Assembly: GCF_009914755.1 (NCBI RefSeq)
Contig: NC_060939.1
From: the human T2T-CHM13v2.0 reference genome, Homo sapiens
Length of the DNA: 64,000 nucleotides
Strand: one strand, 5' to 3'
How positions within the stretch are numbered: position 1 is the stretch's first letter; every line of letters begins with the position of its first letter. The notes beneath the pieces were generated by a model that searched no databases, had not been told where the DNA came from, and was given only the letters and a program-made list of their open reading frames with translations. Both the position numbers and the translations under genes were made by a program. Positions 15,730 to 31,685 of the stretch are shown here, piece by piece.

Positions 15730-15859
15730 ATCACCCAGTCTGAGCTCACAGAGGACTGGAAACAAGCCTGTTTGTCTCTGTATCCCCCCCACGACGTGCA
15801 GGGCAACTGATCAGTGAGTGAGTGAATGAATGAATGAATGAATGAATGAATGAATGAAT
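15730..15859 (+). mobile_element. L2 3' terminus with (GAAT)n tail
   Basis: 'tctctgtatccccc...' followed by about 9 GAAT units. Confidence 0.65.
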
Positions 15860-16319
15860 CCTGTGTGGCTAAAACAGCCTCTCCGCCCAGGAAGCCAAGT
15901 CAGAGAGGAGCTTGGAAGAGCACTTTCGAGATCAAGGTTTCTTCACCCCTTGCATTCTCTTCAGACCTAACTCAGGTCTGAGTTTCTACTCCCAAATGCC
16001 TCACAGGCAATATATGATGCCTGCTTCTTTTCATGATTTAAAAGAACACTCGCTTATTGTAGAAAATGTGGAAAATACAGCAGTACAAAAAAAGAATTAG
16101 AAATTCTCCATTAACTCATTGCCCAGAGGAAACGGCCGTGGGCATTTTGGTGTATTTTTATTCAACTTTGAAAGACATATTTTATTTTTACACATTTTAT
16201 TTTATACAGTATAGACATACATATGCATACACGCCTCCTCTCATGACATTAAACTTTTGCACAACTTCACAATTGTAAATGATGACAGAAAAATGCCTCA
16301 AAATGAATGTATCATATCC

Positions 16320-16475
16320 TAGCCCCACCACCTAACCTCTCTGTGCCTCAGTTTTCTCCTCTGTAAAACGGGGATAATAATAGTATCTACTTTATAAGTT
16401 GCTTGTAAGGGTTCAATGTGATTATGGTGTGAATGTGGGAAGCGCTCAGAAAGTATCATTTTCATTATTATTAGA
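16320..16475 (+). mobile_element. MIR
   Basis: Core 'aacctctctgtgcctcagttttctcctctgtaaaacggggataataatagta'. Confidence 0.85.
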
Positions 16476-19099
16476 ACTATTATTCCTTAATTGCAAACAT
16501 TTAAATTCTAATTTTATTCTATTGCAAATGACACTGTAATGAATCTCTCTGCTCGGGAGGGTTGTGTGGGAACCTCAGGGAGCTTGCTTCACCCACCCCC
16601 GCCCCCCAAATTAAGCACAACAGGGACAGAGAGAGCGAGGTGTGCTGGGAGGCCCCGTGGCTAAAAGTTAGGAGACCAGATCTTGGCACTGGCAGCCTGG
16701 GGAAGGAGGGCAAAGGGGTGGGGGTGCAGGGAATGGCATCTGTGAAAGCTCAGAAGCTTCTAGAAGAGCATGGGAAGTTCTGATGTGGTTGCTGGGGTGG
16801 CAGTTCTTGTCCCTATTTGACCTATGGGTAATTGAGGGCCAGGAAAGGGGTGACTTGTCTGATGACGTGGATGGGCACCAAGTCTGAGCTTCCTGGCTCT
16901 CCACATGCCTGAAAAACATCTGTGTTTGTTGGGAGAAGGAGATGAAGAAGAGGAGGAGGAGGAAGAATTTGGGGCTTTCGAAGCATGCATGCCTGTGTGC
17001 CCCTGCCCAATCAAGGTTCAGCTGTCCTGCAAAGCAACCTAGCGGGTCCTGTGAGCTGGAGGCCACTTTGCCCTGTTTGTCTCCACGGGTCTTTTCCCTG
17101 ATGTCTCCCAAACAGAGACCGTTGGGCTGGCAGCTGGCAGGTCTCCTGAGCTCCACCCTCACCTCCCATCCCTTCAACCCAGTAGCCTTGCAGACAAAGG
17201 CTGGAAAGCCAGGTCCCATTTCCAGTCATCATCCACAGTGCATAATTAGGCAGTGCTTGCCTTGTGTTTATTTAAAGAAGGAGTGTGAACTTGGCATCAG
17301 TGCTTCTGCCAAGAGGGAAGAGCCCCGGAAGGCCCAGAGAAAGCTGGGGGCTTGGGCAGCAGGGGTTTGAGGCCTGAGAGGCCAGGCCGGCCTGTGGTAT
17401 AGACATCGACAAGCAAAGTTTGAGGACTCCTGAAAGTTCTCCAAAATCTTACCTGCTACCTGTCACCATTCTCAGTCCGTTATTAGAACTGTAGCTTCTC
17501 AACAGCTTTCTAAGCTCCAAAGAAAATGCAAATTAATACTTCTTGGGGCGCCTCTATCCTTTATGGTCTGAATTTGAGAACATTGCAATAGCAGCCTCAT
17601 TGCTGCACTAGTCCAAACACTTCTGTGTAACCCTCTTCCACATGCAGTACTGAGGAGTTCTTGCTGCCTACTGTTTACAGAGGGTAGTCCAAGAAATAAG
17701 AAATGTCAGTCCCACATGGTGAAAACTCTGCACTCTAGGGCTTGGGAATTATCTGCTAATAAGACCTGACATTTCTGAAGGCCATTATGAGTTAAACCTC
17801 AGGCTCAGAATGTATAATGGGGAGAGATTCTAGATACTTCTAGACCACTCTTCTCATGGAGTAGAAAAAAATGTAGAGAAACCTCAGAGAGGGGAAGGGA
17901 CTTACCTACACCAGTTAACGGTAGAGCTAGGACTAGAACACAGGTCTCCTGATTTCAGTCTCAACTCTCAGGCACCATGTTGCTTCCCTCCATTCAAAGA
18001 TCAGTGAGGGGGCAGTCAGCACCAGCTGGAGTGTGGCAGTGAAGAGCTCACAGTCCCTGCCCAAGAGGAGCTCCCAGAGGCTGACAAGGGTATGGGAACA
18101 GGGACTCATCTGAATCAGAGTGGGTGGAGTTTAGACAGGGGTGGGTCTGAAGAACTGTGGGGAACAGGGTGGTGAGACAGACATCAGCAAATTTCCCAAG
18201 GGGGTTAGCACAGGAGGTTGAAGGATGAATGGGGCTTCTTTACCAGGAGACATAGGGAAAGGTGTTCCGGGAAAAGGGAAGGGCAAACTCATGGGAAAAG
18301 GAGGCTGATTTCTCCTGTTCCCAGGTTACAGTGGATTCCCTGCGGGCTTAACCAGGATCCCTAGCGCTCAGTGCAGACCCTCCCACGGCAGGGCCCGAGG
18401 CTGTAATCTGTAACCTTATTGTGACATATATAGTTACAAAGAGATTGGTTGGACAGGATGGATTTTAATCGAAAAGAGTTAGCCTCTACTGGTGGAAATG
18501 CGGACATTGTGGCAGGTGATGAGAAGAATCCTTTTTGGGGTAGCAGTGGTGAAAACGCTTGCATGGGTGCGCTGGCATGCGTGCAGGGACACCTCTTCCT
18601 TGTTCTCAATTCTGTTGACTTTCAAATTGCAGTTTAAGAGCCATCTTCCCATGTCCAACTGTTAAGGTGGCCACTACCCCCTCCCTCTTCTGGACCATGC
18701 CATCCCCTGCTCTGAGTCTCAGTTTCTCCACATGTAAAATGAGGCAGGTGGACTTGCTTGTCTTAAAGGCCCCTTCTGCCTGGGGCTGGTTCTTTAGCCC
18801 AGTCTCTGCTTCTCCCTCTGCGGGGATGTCAGAGGCGCCCTCTCGTGGTCAATATTGGCCATGCATCCTTGGACTTGGCGCAGGTTTTTGCTTGGCCTCT
18901 GAGGGTGTGTGCTTGTGTGTGCATGTGCGTGTGAGCGTGCCTGTGTACTGGGAGTGGTTACACAGCGGGTGCGTGACAGGCTCATGACACATAGAATGCA
19001 GAGCTTCGCTAACTCTCAGACCCTGATGAAAACACAGATAAGGAGGTGGGGGTCATTTAAAATAAGGGCAAAACCTGCTAAAAGCTTCCTGGGGCCCTT

Positions 19100-19520
19100 G
19101 CCTGGGACACCTAGAGTTCCAAAATGCCCTAGGCCACCCATCTTGCTAATATACTTTGAGAGCATCACTCCTCTGCTCAGAATCTCATCCTGCCACCCCT
19201 CTGCTGAACAGAGTAAACATCAAACTCCTGGCCCTCCAGAATACCTGTGGCCTCACTTCTCACTCTTCTTTCCTATACCACTCCAGGTGAACCACTCCAT
19301 CCTTCCCATCCCCTATCCTCTGCTTATGCTGGGATTTTTTTTCCCAGAGTGTCCTACCCTCTCCTTTAGTCCCCCATAGCACCTTTCAAGATGTGGCTAA
19401 AATGCCACCTCCTCCAGGAAGACTCCCTGAATTTTCCCACTTGGATCTGTGCTCTCTTTCCTCTGAACCTCCTGGCAACTTTGTCTATAACTGTCTCCTG
19501 GGATGTAGACAGTTTTAGAG
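19100..19520 (+). mobile_element. L2 fragment
   Basis: 'catcactcctctgctcagaatct...aaatgccacctcctccaggaagactccctga'. Confidence 0.6.
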
Positions 19521-22309
19521 TTTACCCAGGTAATTTAGGTCGAAGATGTCCTGTTTTGTTCCCCCTACTCAAAAACTGGCTCCATGACTGCTTTATATCT
19601 GGGTCCTTCTAAATACTGAGCCTTCCCCATGGCATCCAGGCATCCCTCTGCAAGGCCCTGATTCCCACTCCTTCCCTCTGCCTCCTCCTTCAGTAGGGGC
19701 TGCTGTCATGCAAGGAGGTCTGGCAGTGGAGGAAGAAGACATGAGCCTTGGGCCAGACTCTTACTGGATTCCCACCCCACCTGCCCCGTCTTCAGCAGAC
19801 AAGCTGGTACCCAGCACAAAGGCTCCAGCTGCTGAGCTGTGTGTGGGAGCCTGGTCTCTGGGTGCCCAGAATGAAGGGTCAGACCCAGGTCACTGCCTGA
19901 CTCTTTCTTTCAAGGACCGAAGTAAGAACTACAGGCCTAACAGTAACATCCCTGGCTATTTGTAGAAGTCCGCTTGGTCGGTCCATGCTCTATAACATGA
20001 ATTTCTCATACAACCCATTTTTAGATGGGGAAACAAGAGCTCAGAGAGGCTAGGTAACTTGTTCAAGATCACACAGCTCTGAGTGCAAGTGTTCAAACAT
20101 AGTCCCCACTTTCCATCCGTCTCCAAATCCTGTGCAGTTTCTGGAATATTCTGCTGTCACTGTGCCTTGCACAAATCCAGGTTTTGATAAATTCCTGGAT
20201 AATAAAAGGCAGACATGAGTCAATATATAACCAGCTCTTTCTCTTTGACTTCCATATTGCCCCAGGCCCACACGCGGACCTCTGCATGAGGGAAGAGTGA
20301 CAGAACTGGGTTTGTCTGAGAGGGTGATGGCTCGGGGGGCCAAAGGGAGAGGTGAACCCTGCATCCCAGGAGGGGTGAATTCTCTGATGTGAATCATCTG
20401 GGTGGTAGGGAGTAATGGGTCCTGGGCATGGTGGGGACTGTCACACCCTGATGCGCTGTCCCAGTTAGGTTGGAGGAGGCTGGGAGGGCCATCTGACCAC
20501 AATGCAGGTCTGTTGCGGACCTCAAGGAGCCTGCAGGGAGTGCAGCCACCTCAGGCACACACCTTGGTGATAGATTTTACTGCTCAGCTGCTGAAGCCAT
20601 TGGTCAATGATGCTCCTCACAGTCAGAGATCTGAGAGGGGCATTTTCACAGCCACCGCAGACCTTCTGCCTCCCAGGGCCTCCTCACTGGCCTGGCCTGG
20701 AGGACTGCCACTGGCACCCACAGTTAGAGGGAAGGAAGTTTCAGGCCTCTGTAACCCAGGAGAGAAGTCCACTAGTCCAGTCCAGGCCAGGTGTCCAGCT
20801 CTGGTGGGTGGAACCATTTGCCCAGCTGTCCTTTGGCTGAGGGTTGGGGCCTGACCTCTGAAGTGAAGGCACCCACAGAGCTGGCCATTGAGGCAAATGT
20901 CCAGAATCCTGGGGCATGGGCACCGGCAGGGGAGATGAGGTCATGTGAGATGTAGGTGCCACTCTCTTGCAGAACCCACCCTCGCACCTTGGCACACAGT
21001 GGCTCCACGAGGCCAAGAGCTGGTCTCTTGTTTATCTGGGTGTAGGGCGTGCACACTGCCTGGAACTGACAGTGTCAGGGACTTCTGCTGGCCAGGACAG
21101 ACCCCATGCCTACTCAATGGCCATCAGCCCTAGGGCAGCAACATCAGGATCTGTCTTCCCCATTGGTCAGGGGGCTTGTGGTAGGTTCAAACCACTGATG
21201 GCAAGCAGTCCAGGCTCTAGTGTTGGTTTGGGGTCTGGCTCTCTCACTAACCTGAGCAAGTCCCTTACATCCCCAGGGCTCAGTTTCCTTATCTGTTGAG
21301 TAGAGATCATCACACTGATGGCGAAGAGGCCTTGTGGTATGGAGGGTTTGGGTTCAACTTTTTTTTTTTTGAGCTGATTTGAATCCCATTTCCCTGGTTA
21401 TTTGCTATATGGCCTTAGGCAAGTTACTCAATCTCTTGAAGACTCAATTTCCCATCTACAAAATGGGAGTGAAGAAGAATCTCTTCTTCTTTCCAAGAAA
21501 TGTACATGTGAGGATTCAATAAGGGAACGCTCAGGCAGCTCTGAGCACAGCATCTGGAGCGTCACTGCGATGTGGCAGCACGCTCTGCAGCATGCAGGAC
21601 AGACACACTCCTTCCTCTCTCCTCCTTCACCTCTTCCCCAGCCCCACCCCTCACATCTCCTTGGCTAATGGGTCAAGCAGTGGTCAGTGTCTGGCCAACA
21701 GTGGAGACTCAACCATGCACAGAGAGTGAAAATGCAGTGCGCACCTCCTGTCCAGGTAGCCCCAACCTCATTCATTCACTTCCAGAATGGCAGGTGCTGT
21801 GCTGAATGCCTGGGAAGATGGCCCCAATGTTCCTCCCCAAGGGATTGCCAGTCACATCAGCACAGCACGGGATGGATCCTGCTGTGCCAACGCTCTCTGC
21901 AGGCTTGTGGGGACCCTGGCTGAGATGTCTGGACACCTGGATTTCAATCCGGTCTTTGCCATCCACTCCCTGTGTGGCCCTCCCCCGCAAACTAAATAAA
22001 AATTTCATGAGTTGGGGAAGGAGACTCAAGGGGAAGTGAGACGAGAGGACGGAAGTGAGTTGAAGAGCAGGGAGGAGCCTGGAGCCTGGAGCCTGGGCCT
22101 CCCTGTGCTGTGATGTGTGCCAGAGTGGAAGCGGAAGTGGAAGCAGAAGCAGAAGTGGTCCTGCCGGTAGGTGTGACTGGCCTCACAGAGCTGCCAGGAT
22201 GCACCTGAGTGCTCAAGAGGGTTTCCCACAGCCCCAGGTGGATTGGACTCAGAAGCATGTTTCTGATGTGCTCAAGAGTGTGGCCCAGACAAGGCACAGA
22301 GGACAGGAG

Positions 22310-23217
<908 letters not shown>

Positions 23218-23374
23218 TAGAAGACCCCTGCATAAAGCTGGGATCCCAAAGGGCTGCATCCTCAATAAAGTAGGGAAAAAATGTCCACAGAGACTTGTCT
23301 GCTTCTGTCTCAACTGCAGTTGGAGCACAGGAAAGATGGGTTTTCCCTGGAATCTCTGGGACAAGCCCAGTTTC

Positions 23375-23393
23375 GTTTCTTTTCTTTTTCTTT

Positions 23394-23461
<68 letters not shown>

Positions 23462-23548
23462 TTTCTTTCTTTTCTTTCTCTCTCTCTCTCTTTCTTTCTT
23501 TCTTTCCTTTCTTCCTTTCTTTTCTTTTCTTTCTTTTTTTTTTTTTTT
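23375..23548. repeat. (TTTC)n/(TC)n polypyrimidine tract (Alu tail)
   Basis: About 175 bp of essentially pure C/T. Confidence 0.95.
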
Positions 23549-23972
<424 letters not shown>

Positions 23973-26900
23973 TAGAGGAACGCATTTTAAATCTAGGCTT
24001 CAAAGTATTCTCACAAATAAACTTCCAGGAACAGGAGGTTACACTAAAACATATATATTTTAATGCACATATATGTATATTAAACAGAAGAGAAAATAAG
24101 CTACATGACATGAGATTCAGCAGAAACAACATTGCTGAATCAGACCAACAACAACCAAAGATATTGGAATGATCTGTTGTATGTATAACATAAAATAATT
24201 ATGTGTGGTTTGCATAAAGAAATTAAAGATGTGATCAAATGTATGACAAAAGAATGAGAGACTATCAAAAGTGATCAGGTGAAGTTGAAGCAGACCAAAT
24301 AGAATTTCTAGAAATGACAAATAAGTTAAAATTTAAAACTTAAATTGAAATGAAAGCCCAACACATGAAGGGTCAATTCTGGAAAAGATGGAGTAAACAC
24401 ACTCTACATTATACCTACTGACTGTGATTCTAAACTACGGACAGGATGCATGGGCCAGCTAGCTGAGAACTTGGAAACTGCATAGTAGCCAATATATTGG
24501 AGAAGGAAACAAGAATTTGAAGTATGATTGAACTGGGGTTGAGTTTCCCATTTATTTTCCCCCCAGTTTTGCCTGACCTTGACTCACATGTAGCCCAAAA
24601 CCTGGAAGAGTGCACCAGGTAGGGGCAGATAGAGCTCCAAGAGAATAGAAAGAACTCCTTTTCTGGTTTGAGGAGCAGGAAGGTGGCTCCTAAAGATCAG
24701 ATGTGGGAAGTTTTCCTGTTTATGTGTTTTTTTCTCCATCGTCTCCCACTCAAGCTGCCAGGTAGTATTGCAATGGAGGCAGTGGCAATGGTGATAGCAG
24801 CATTAGCCAAGTAGATGCCTAAAATTCTTAGACAGAAAAAACTTCTCCTACCAGAAAAGCCGTGAGCCCAAGAGCATGGGGAAATTCCTGTTACTTCTGT
24901 CTCCACCCTCACACCCCAATCCCTCTGCCTTCTGTTCTCCTGCTGCTTGGCCCCAGACACAGATGCAGTTATAAGTACATAGCAGAGCTGGGAAATTAAA
25001 GTCCTAGATTTCTGGCTGAGAGACTGGAAAAGGAGGCCCCAAAGAGCCAAAAACTGATGAGGGAGATTGTAGAGAGGAGAGAGCATAAAAGAGTGATCCC
25101 ATACTTTTGTGTATAAACTCCCAGAATCACCTCCAAACTGTGCAGCATGGATCTGATCCCAAACAAAACATCAAAGACCTTGAGAACTAGTCTACATATG
25201 AAACCCATCTGAAGAGTACTGCAAATGGCTTTGAAAACTGTATTGATATTGGTACCAGAACCCAGAGAAGGTAGGTGGAACTGGCAGCCTGGACCTAGCC
25301 TGGTCACTTGTCTGCTAAAATTAAAAAAAAAAAAAAATCAGCATTCTCTTTAGGATTTAAACAAGACCACTCACTGGTTCTGTGAGTTAAAAAAATAAAA
25401 ATCGAGATCCAGAGTCTCATAACATACTATTCAAAATGTCCAGGATACAATCTAAAATTACTTTGGATATGAAAAACTAGAAAAAACTCAACTCACAATA
25501 AAAAGACAATCAAATAGATGCCAACCCTGAGACAACACAGATGTTGAAATTATCAAAGACTTTAAAGCAGCTATTATTACCTTACTCCAAGAAGTAAGGG
25601 TGAATACTCTGGAATGAATGAAAAATAGCAAGTCCCAACAAAGAAATAGAAGATATAAAAAATAACCAAACTGAAATTACAAAACTGAAAAATGCAATTT
25701 TAAAATAAAAAAACAATAACTGGAAAAACTAGCAGAATGGAGATGAGAGAACAAAGAGTCAGGGAACTTGAATATAGATCAATAGAAATTATCCAATCTG
25801 AACAACAAAGAGAAAAAAGATTGAAAAAATTGAACAGGGTCTCAGGGACGAGAGGGACAATACCAAAATGTCAACTGGTCATGTAATCAGAGTCCTGGAA
25901 GGAATGGAGCAACAGTGCAGTTCAGGAAATAATAATTGAAAAAAAATAACAGCTGGAAACTTCCCAGAATTACAGCTTCAAGAAATTCAGCAAACTTCAA
26001 ACAGGGTAAACTCAAAGAAATGCACTCTCAGGGATATGGTGGTTGAACTTCTTTAAACTAAGGAGAAAGAAATCTTGAAAGTAATTAGAGAAAAATATAG
26101 CATTACTATCAGTATCTCATGAGCAACCATGGAGGCTAAAAGGAAATGAAACATTTTCAAAGTGCTAAAAGAAAAGAAACATCAACTCAGAGTTCTATAT
26201 CCAGTGAAAATATCCTTTAGGAATGATGGTGAAATAAAGATATCCTCAGATAAAGGAAAACTAAGAGACTTTGTTGCTAACATACCTGTTCTAAAGTAAA
26301 TGCTAAAGGAAGTTTTTCAGATGGAAGGGAGATAATACCATAGTGAAACTTGGAAACACAGGAATGAATGATGAACAACAGAAATGGTAGATTTCTGGGT
26401 AAATAGTCTATTCCCCTTCTCTTGAGTTATCTAAAATATGATTAATAGTTGAAAGCAAAAATTATAACATTGTTTGATGAGGTTTTCAAGGTAGACCTAA
26501 TATATAATATATAAGATAGCCATAATGGAAAGGAAGGAGAGTAAAGGAACCTATTTGATGGGAAGGTTTCTATATTCCATTTAAAGTAGTAAAGTATTTC
26601 TTCTAAGTAGACATTTCTATTTAATCTGAAAAGTTAAATATGCATATAGTAATACCTAGAAAATCCACCAAATTTTTTTTACAAAAAATATAGTAAAAAA
26701 TGCAATTTATAAAGTAGAATAGAATACTAAAAAATGTTTAAATAACCCAAATAAAAACAGGAAAGGGGAAACAGAGGAACAAAAACCAGAAGGAGCAAAC
26801 AGAAATAATAAAATGACAGACCTAAATACAAACATAGCAATAATTACATTAAATATAAATGGTCTAAACACACCAATTAAAAGACAAAAATTGTCAGAAT

Positions 26901-26982
26901 GGATTTAAAAAACAAGATATAACTATATGCTGCCTATAATTATATTGATATAAAGATATAGATACATTAAAAGACTAAGATA

Positions 26983-27065
26983 CATACACTAAAAACCACT
27001 GAACAGCACTCTTCAAATAGGCAAATTTATGCTATGTGAATTATATCTCAATAAAATCATTTAAA
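26983..27065 (+). mobile_element. Very short 5'-truncated L1M 3' end nested in the larger L1
   Basis: 'atgtgaattatatctcaataaa' L1M terminus; perfect 14-bp TSD AAAAGACTAAGATA at 26969-26982 and 27066-27079. Confidence 0.8.
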
Positions 27066-27483
27066 AAAAGACTAAGATAAACCATTCAAACACCAATCAA
27101 AAGAAAGCTGGAGTGGCTATGTTAATATAAGATAAAGTAAAATTTAAACCAAAGAAAATTACTAGGGATAAAAGGAGACATTACATAATGATAACAGGAC
27201 CAGTTCACCAAGACAACATAAAAATCCTAACTGTGTATACATTTAATAACAGGACTTCAAAATGCATGAAGCAAAAACTGAACTGAAAGGAGAAATGGAA
27301 AAATTCAATTACAGTTGTAAACTTTAATATTCTTCTTTCAATAATTAATAGAACAAGTAGATAGAAAACAGCGATGATACGGAAGATATGAACCATCACT
27401 GACCTGGATGTAATTGACATTTTATAGAACACTCCATCCAACAACAGCAGAAAATAAATTCTGCACAGTGTAAAAGAACCTTT

Positions 27484-27778
<295 letters not shown>

Positions 27779-29284
27779 AAAGAATCTTCACCAAGAAAGA
27801 CCCTATCTTGGGTTATAAAAGTAGTCTTCCAAATTTAAAATAACTGAAATCACACAAAGTATGTTATCTGATCACAATGAAATCAAACTAGAAACTGAAA
27901 ACAGAGCAATAACTGGAAAGTCTCTAAACACTTTTAACACAATTTAAAATAATGGGTCAAAAAGAAAGTTCGTGGGAAATTAGAAAATATTTTGAACTGA
28001 ATGAAAATGAAAAAACTTCGAAATTTGTGGGATGCAGCTCAAGCAATGCTTACAGGAAACCGACAGCATTAAATGCTTATATTAGAAAAGAAGAAAGACT
28101 TGAAATCAACAATCTAAGCTCTCATTTTTAGAAACTAAAAAAAAAAAAAAAGAGAGAGAGAGAGAGAGAAATATAAACCCAAAGCAAGCAGAAATAACAA
28201 AGTCAAGAGCAAAAATCAATGAAATTGAAAACAGAAAACAATAAAGAAAAATCAATGAAACAAAAGCTGGTTCTTTGAAAAGATAAATTAAAGTGATAAA
28301 CCTCTAAAAAGACTAAGGAAAGAGCAAAGACACAAATTACCAAAATCAGGAATGAGAGATGACTTACTACATCAGACCTCACACACATTAAAAGGCTAAT
28401 AAGGAACTACTATAAACAACTCCACAAAATATGTTGACAACTTAGATAAATGGACCAATTCCTTTAAAGCCACAAACCACTAAAAACTCACCCAAGATAG
28501 ATAACCTTAACAGTTCTGTATTTGTTAAAGAAATTAAATTTATGGTTAAATACCTTCTGAAAAAGACACTTCTAGGCTAGATAATTTCACTGGCAATTTC
28601 TACCAAATGTTTAAATAATAGATTAGACCAATTTTTTTCATGCATAATTTCTTCCAGAAAATATAAGAGAAGGAAACACTTTCCCATTTATTTTATGAAG
28701 TCAATTTTATCCTGATACCAAAACCAGGCAAGACAGTACAAGGAAAAAAACCCCTGCAAATCAACATTTTTCACGAATATAGATACAAAAATATTCAACA
28801 AAATAGTAACAAATTAAATCCAGTAATATATATTAAAAATAATAAGTGAAGCTTATCTCAGGAATTCAAGGCATTGAAAAACCAATCAGTGTAGTTCATT
28901 CTGTTAACAGACTAAAGAATAACAACTACAAAATCATACCATTTCATGCAGAAAAAGTATTTGACTAAATTCAATATGCAATAATGAATATCAATAAAAC
29001 ACTCCCAGAGCATCTATGAAAACTCTTCTAAACCAAGAGTAGGAGACTTCCCCTTAATCTGATAAAGGGACATAAAAAACATCTACATCGTACCTAACTG
29101 TAAAGACTGAACGCTTTCTCCCTAAGATTAGGAACAAGATAAATATGTTCATTCCCACCACTCCCATTGGACCTTATGCTGAAAGTTCTAGTCAGTGCGT
29201 TAAGACAATAAAAGGCATAGACATTGGAAAGGAAGAACTACAACTATCACTATTTGCAGATGACTTGATTCTATATAGGAAATC

Positions 29285-29384
29285 TGCCATGGTTTGAATG
29301 TTTGTTCCCTCCAAAACTTATGTTGAAACTTAATCCCCAATGTGACAGTATTGGGAGATGGCATCTTTAAGAGGAGACTGGGTC
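29285..29384 (+). mobile_element. MaLR LTR (MST-type) 5' fragment
   Basis: 'tgccatggtttgaatgtttgttccctccaaaacttatgttgaaacttaatccccaatgtgacagtatt'. Confidence 0.85.
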
Positions 29385-29731
29385 AGCTGGGCACGGCGGT
29401 GACTAATGCCTGTAATTCCAGCACTTTGGGAGGCCAAAGCAGGCAGATCACCTGAGGTCAGGAGCTCAAGACCAGCCTGACCAACATGGTGAAACCCTGT
29501 CTCTACTAAAAATACAAAAATGAGCCAGATGTGGTGGTGGGTGCCTGTAGTCCCAGCTACTTGGCAGGCTGAGGCAGGAGAATCGCTTGAACCCGGGAGG
29601 CGGAGGTTGCAGGGAGGCGGAGGTTGCAATGAGCCGGGATCGCGCCACTGCACTCCAGTCTGGATGACACAGCAAGACTCTGTCTCTAAAAACAAAACAA
29701 AACAAAACAAAACAAAACAAAACAACAACAA
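29385..29731 (+). mobile_element. AluS element with (AAAAC)n tail
   Basis: Dimeric Alu with internal 17-bp tandem duplication GGGAGGCGGAGGTTGCA. Confidence 0.95.
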
Positions 29732-30130
29732 ACTTATACTGAACCTGAAAGATGCACAGCCGCAAACCTAGGCCACTTTTCTCTCTGCTTTCCTCCTTTC
29801 CCAGGGCAAGGAGAGCTTTAGAGGCAAACTCCCCATGAGCACAGGCCTAAGCAAAGGAACGGATCTCTGGTCATGGTCACCCAGGCATTCTCTTCCCAGG
29901 CATGTACCCGGGAAGCAGTATGGGTTACCTGTAGGAGGCTTCTGGAGCCACACAGGCCTGCACTCAAATGCTGGCTTCCTATCCACTTGCTACAGGACGG
30001 TGGGCAAGTCACTTCACCTCTCTCTGAGCTTCAGACTCCTCATTCTAAAATTCAGATCCAATAATACCCCCGTTGGGGGCCAGCGTGAGGATTGAAGGAT
30101 ATACTGTGTGTAGGTATATCCTACAATATA

Positions 30131-30407
<277 letters not shown>

Positions 30408-30775
30408 CTAGACACACCAACCTGCTGGAGGCTCTGAGTCTGGGGGCTGAGCTTTCTTTACTAAAAGTGGAATTAGCAGGGGGAGTTTGAGAGGCATTAA
30501 AGACCTATGGGCACCAAGCCCAGGGTTTCACTTGCATTCTCTCACCAGGATTGAAAGACAGATGAAAAAGAAAGAACTTCAGATAATGCTATTCAATGCC
30601 AAGTCTGTGTACCTCGTCCCCTACACTTGTGTCCCAGGCCACCAGCATTTATCTCATTTCTCATGAAGGTGTGTGTCTGTGTGTGTGTTGAGGGGGTTGA
30701 TTCCTTTCCTAAGAGAACCTGCAACTCACTAGCTGTGCAAGCCCAGGTGGGTGACTTAACCCCTCTGTGCCATAG

Positions 30776-31685
<910 letters not shown>

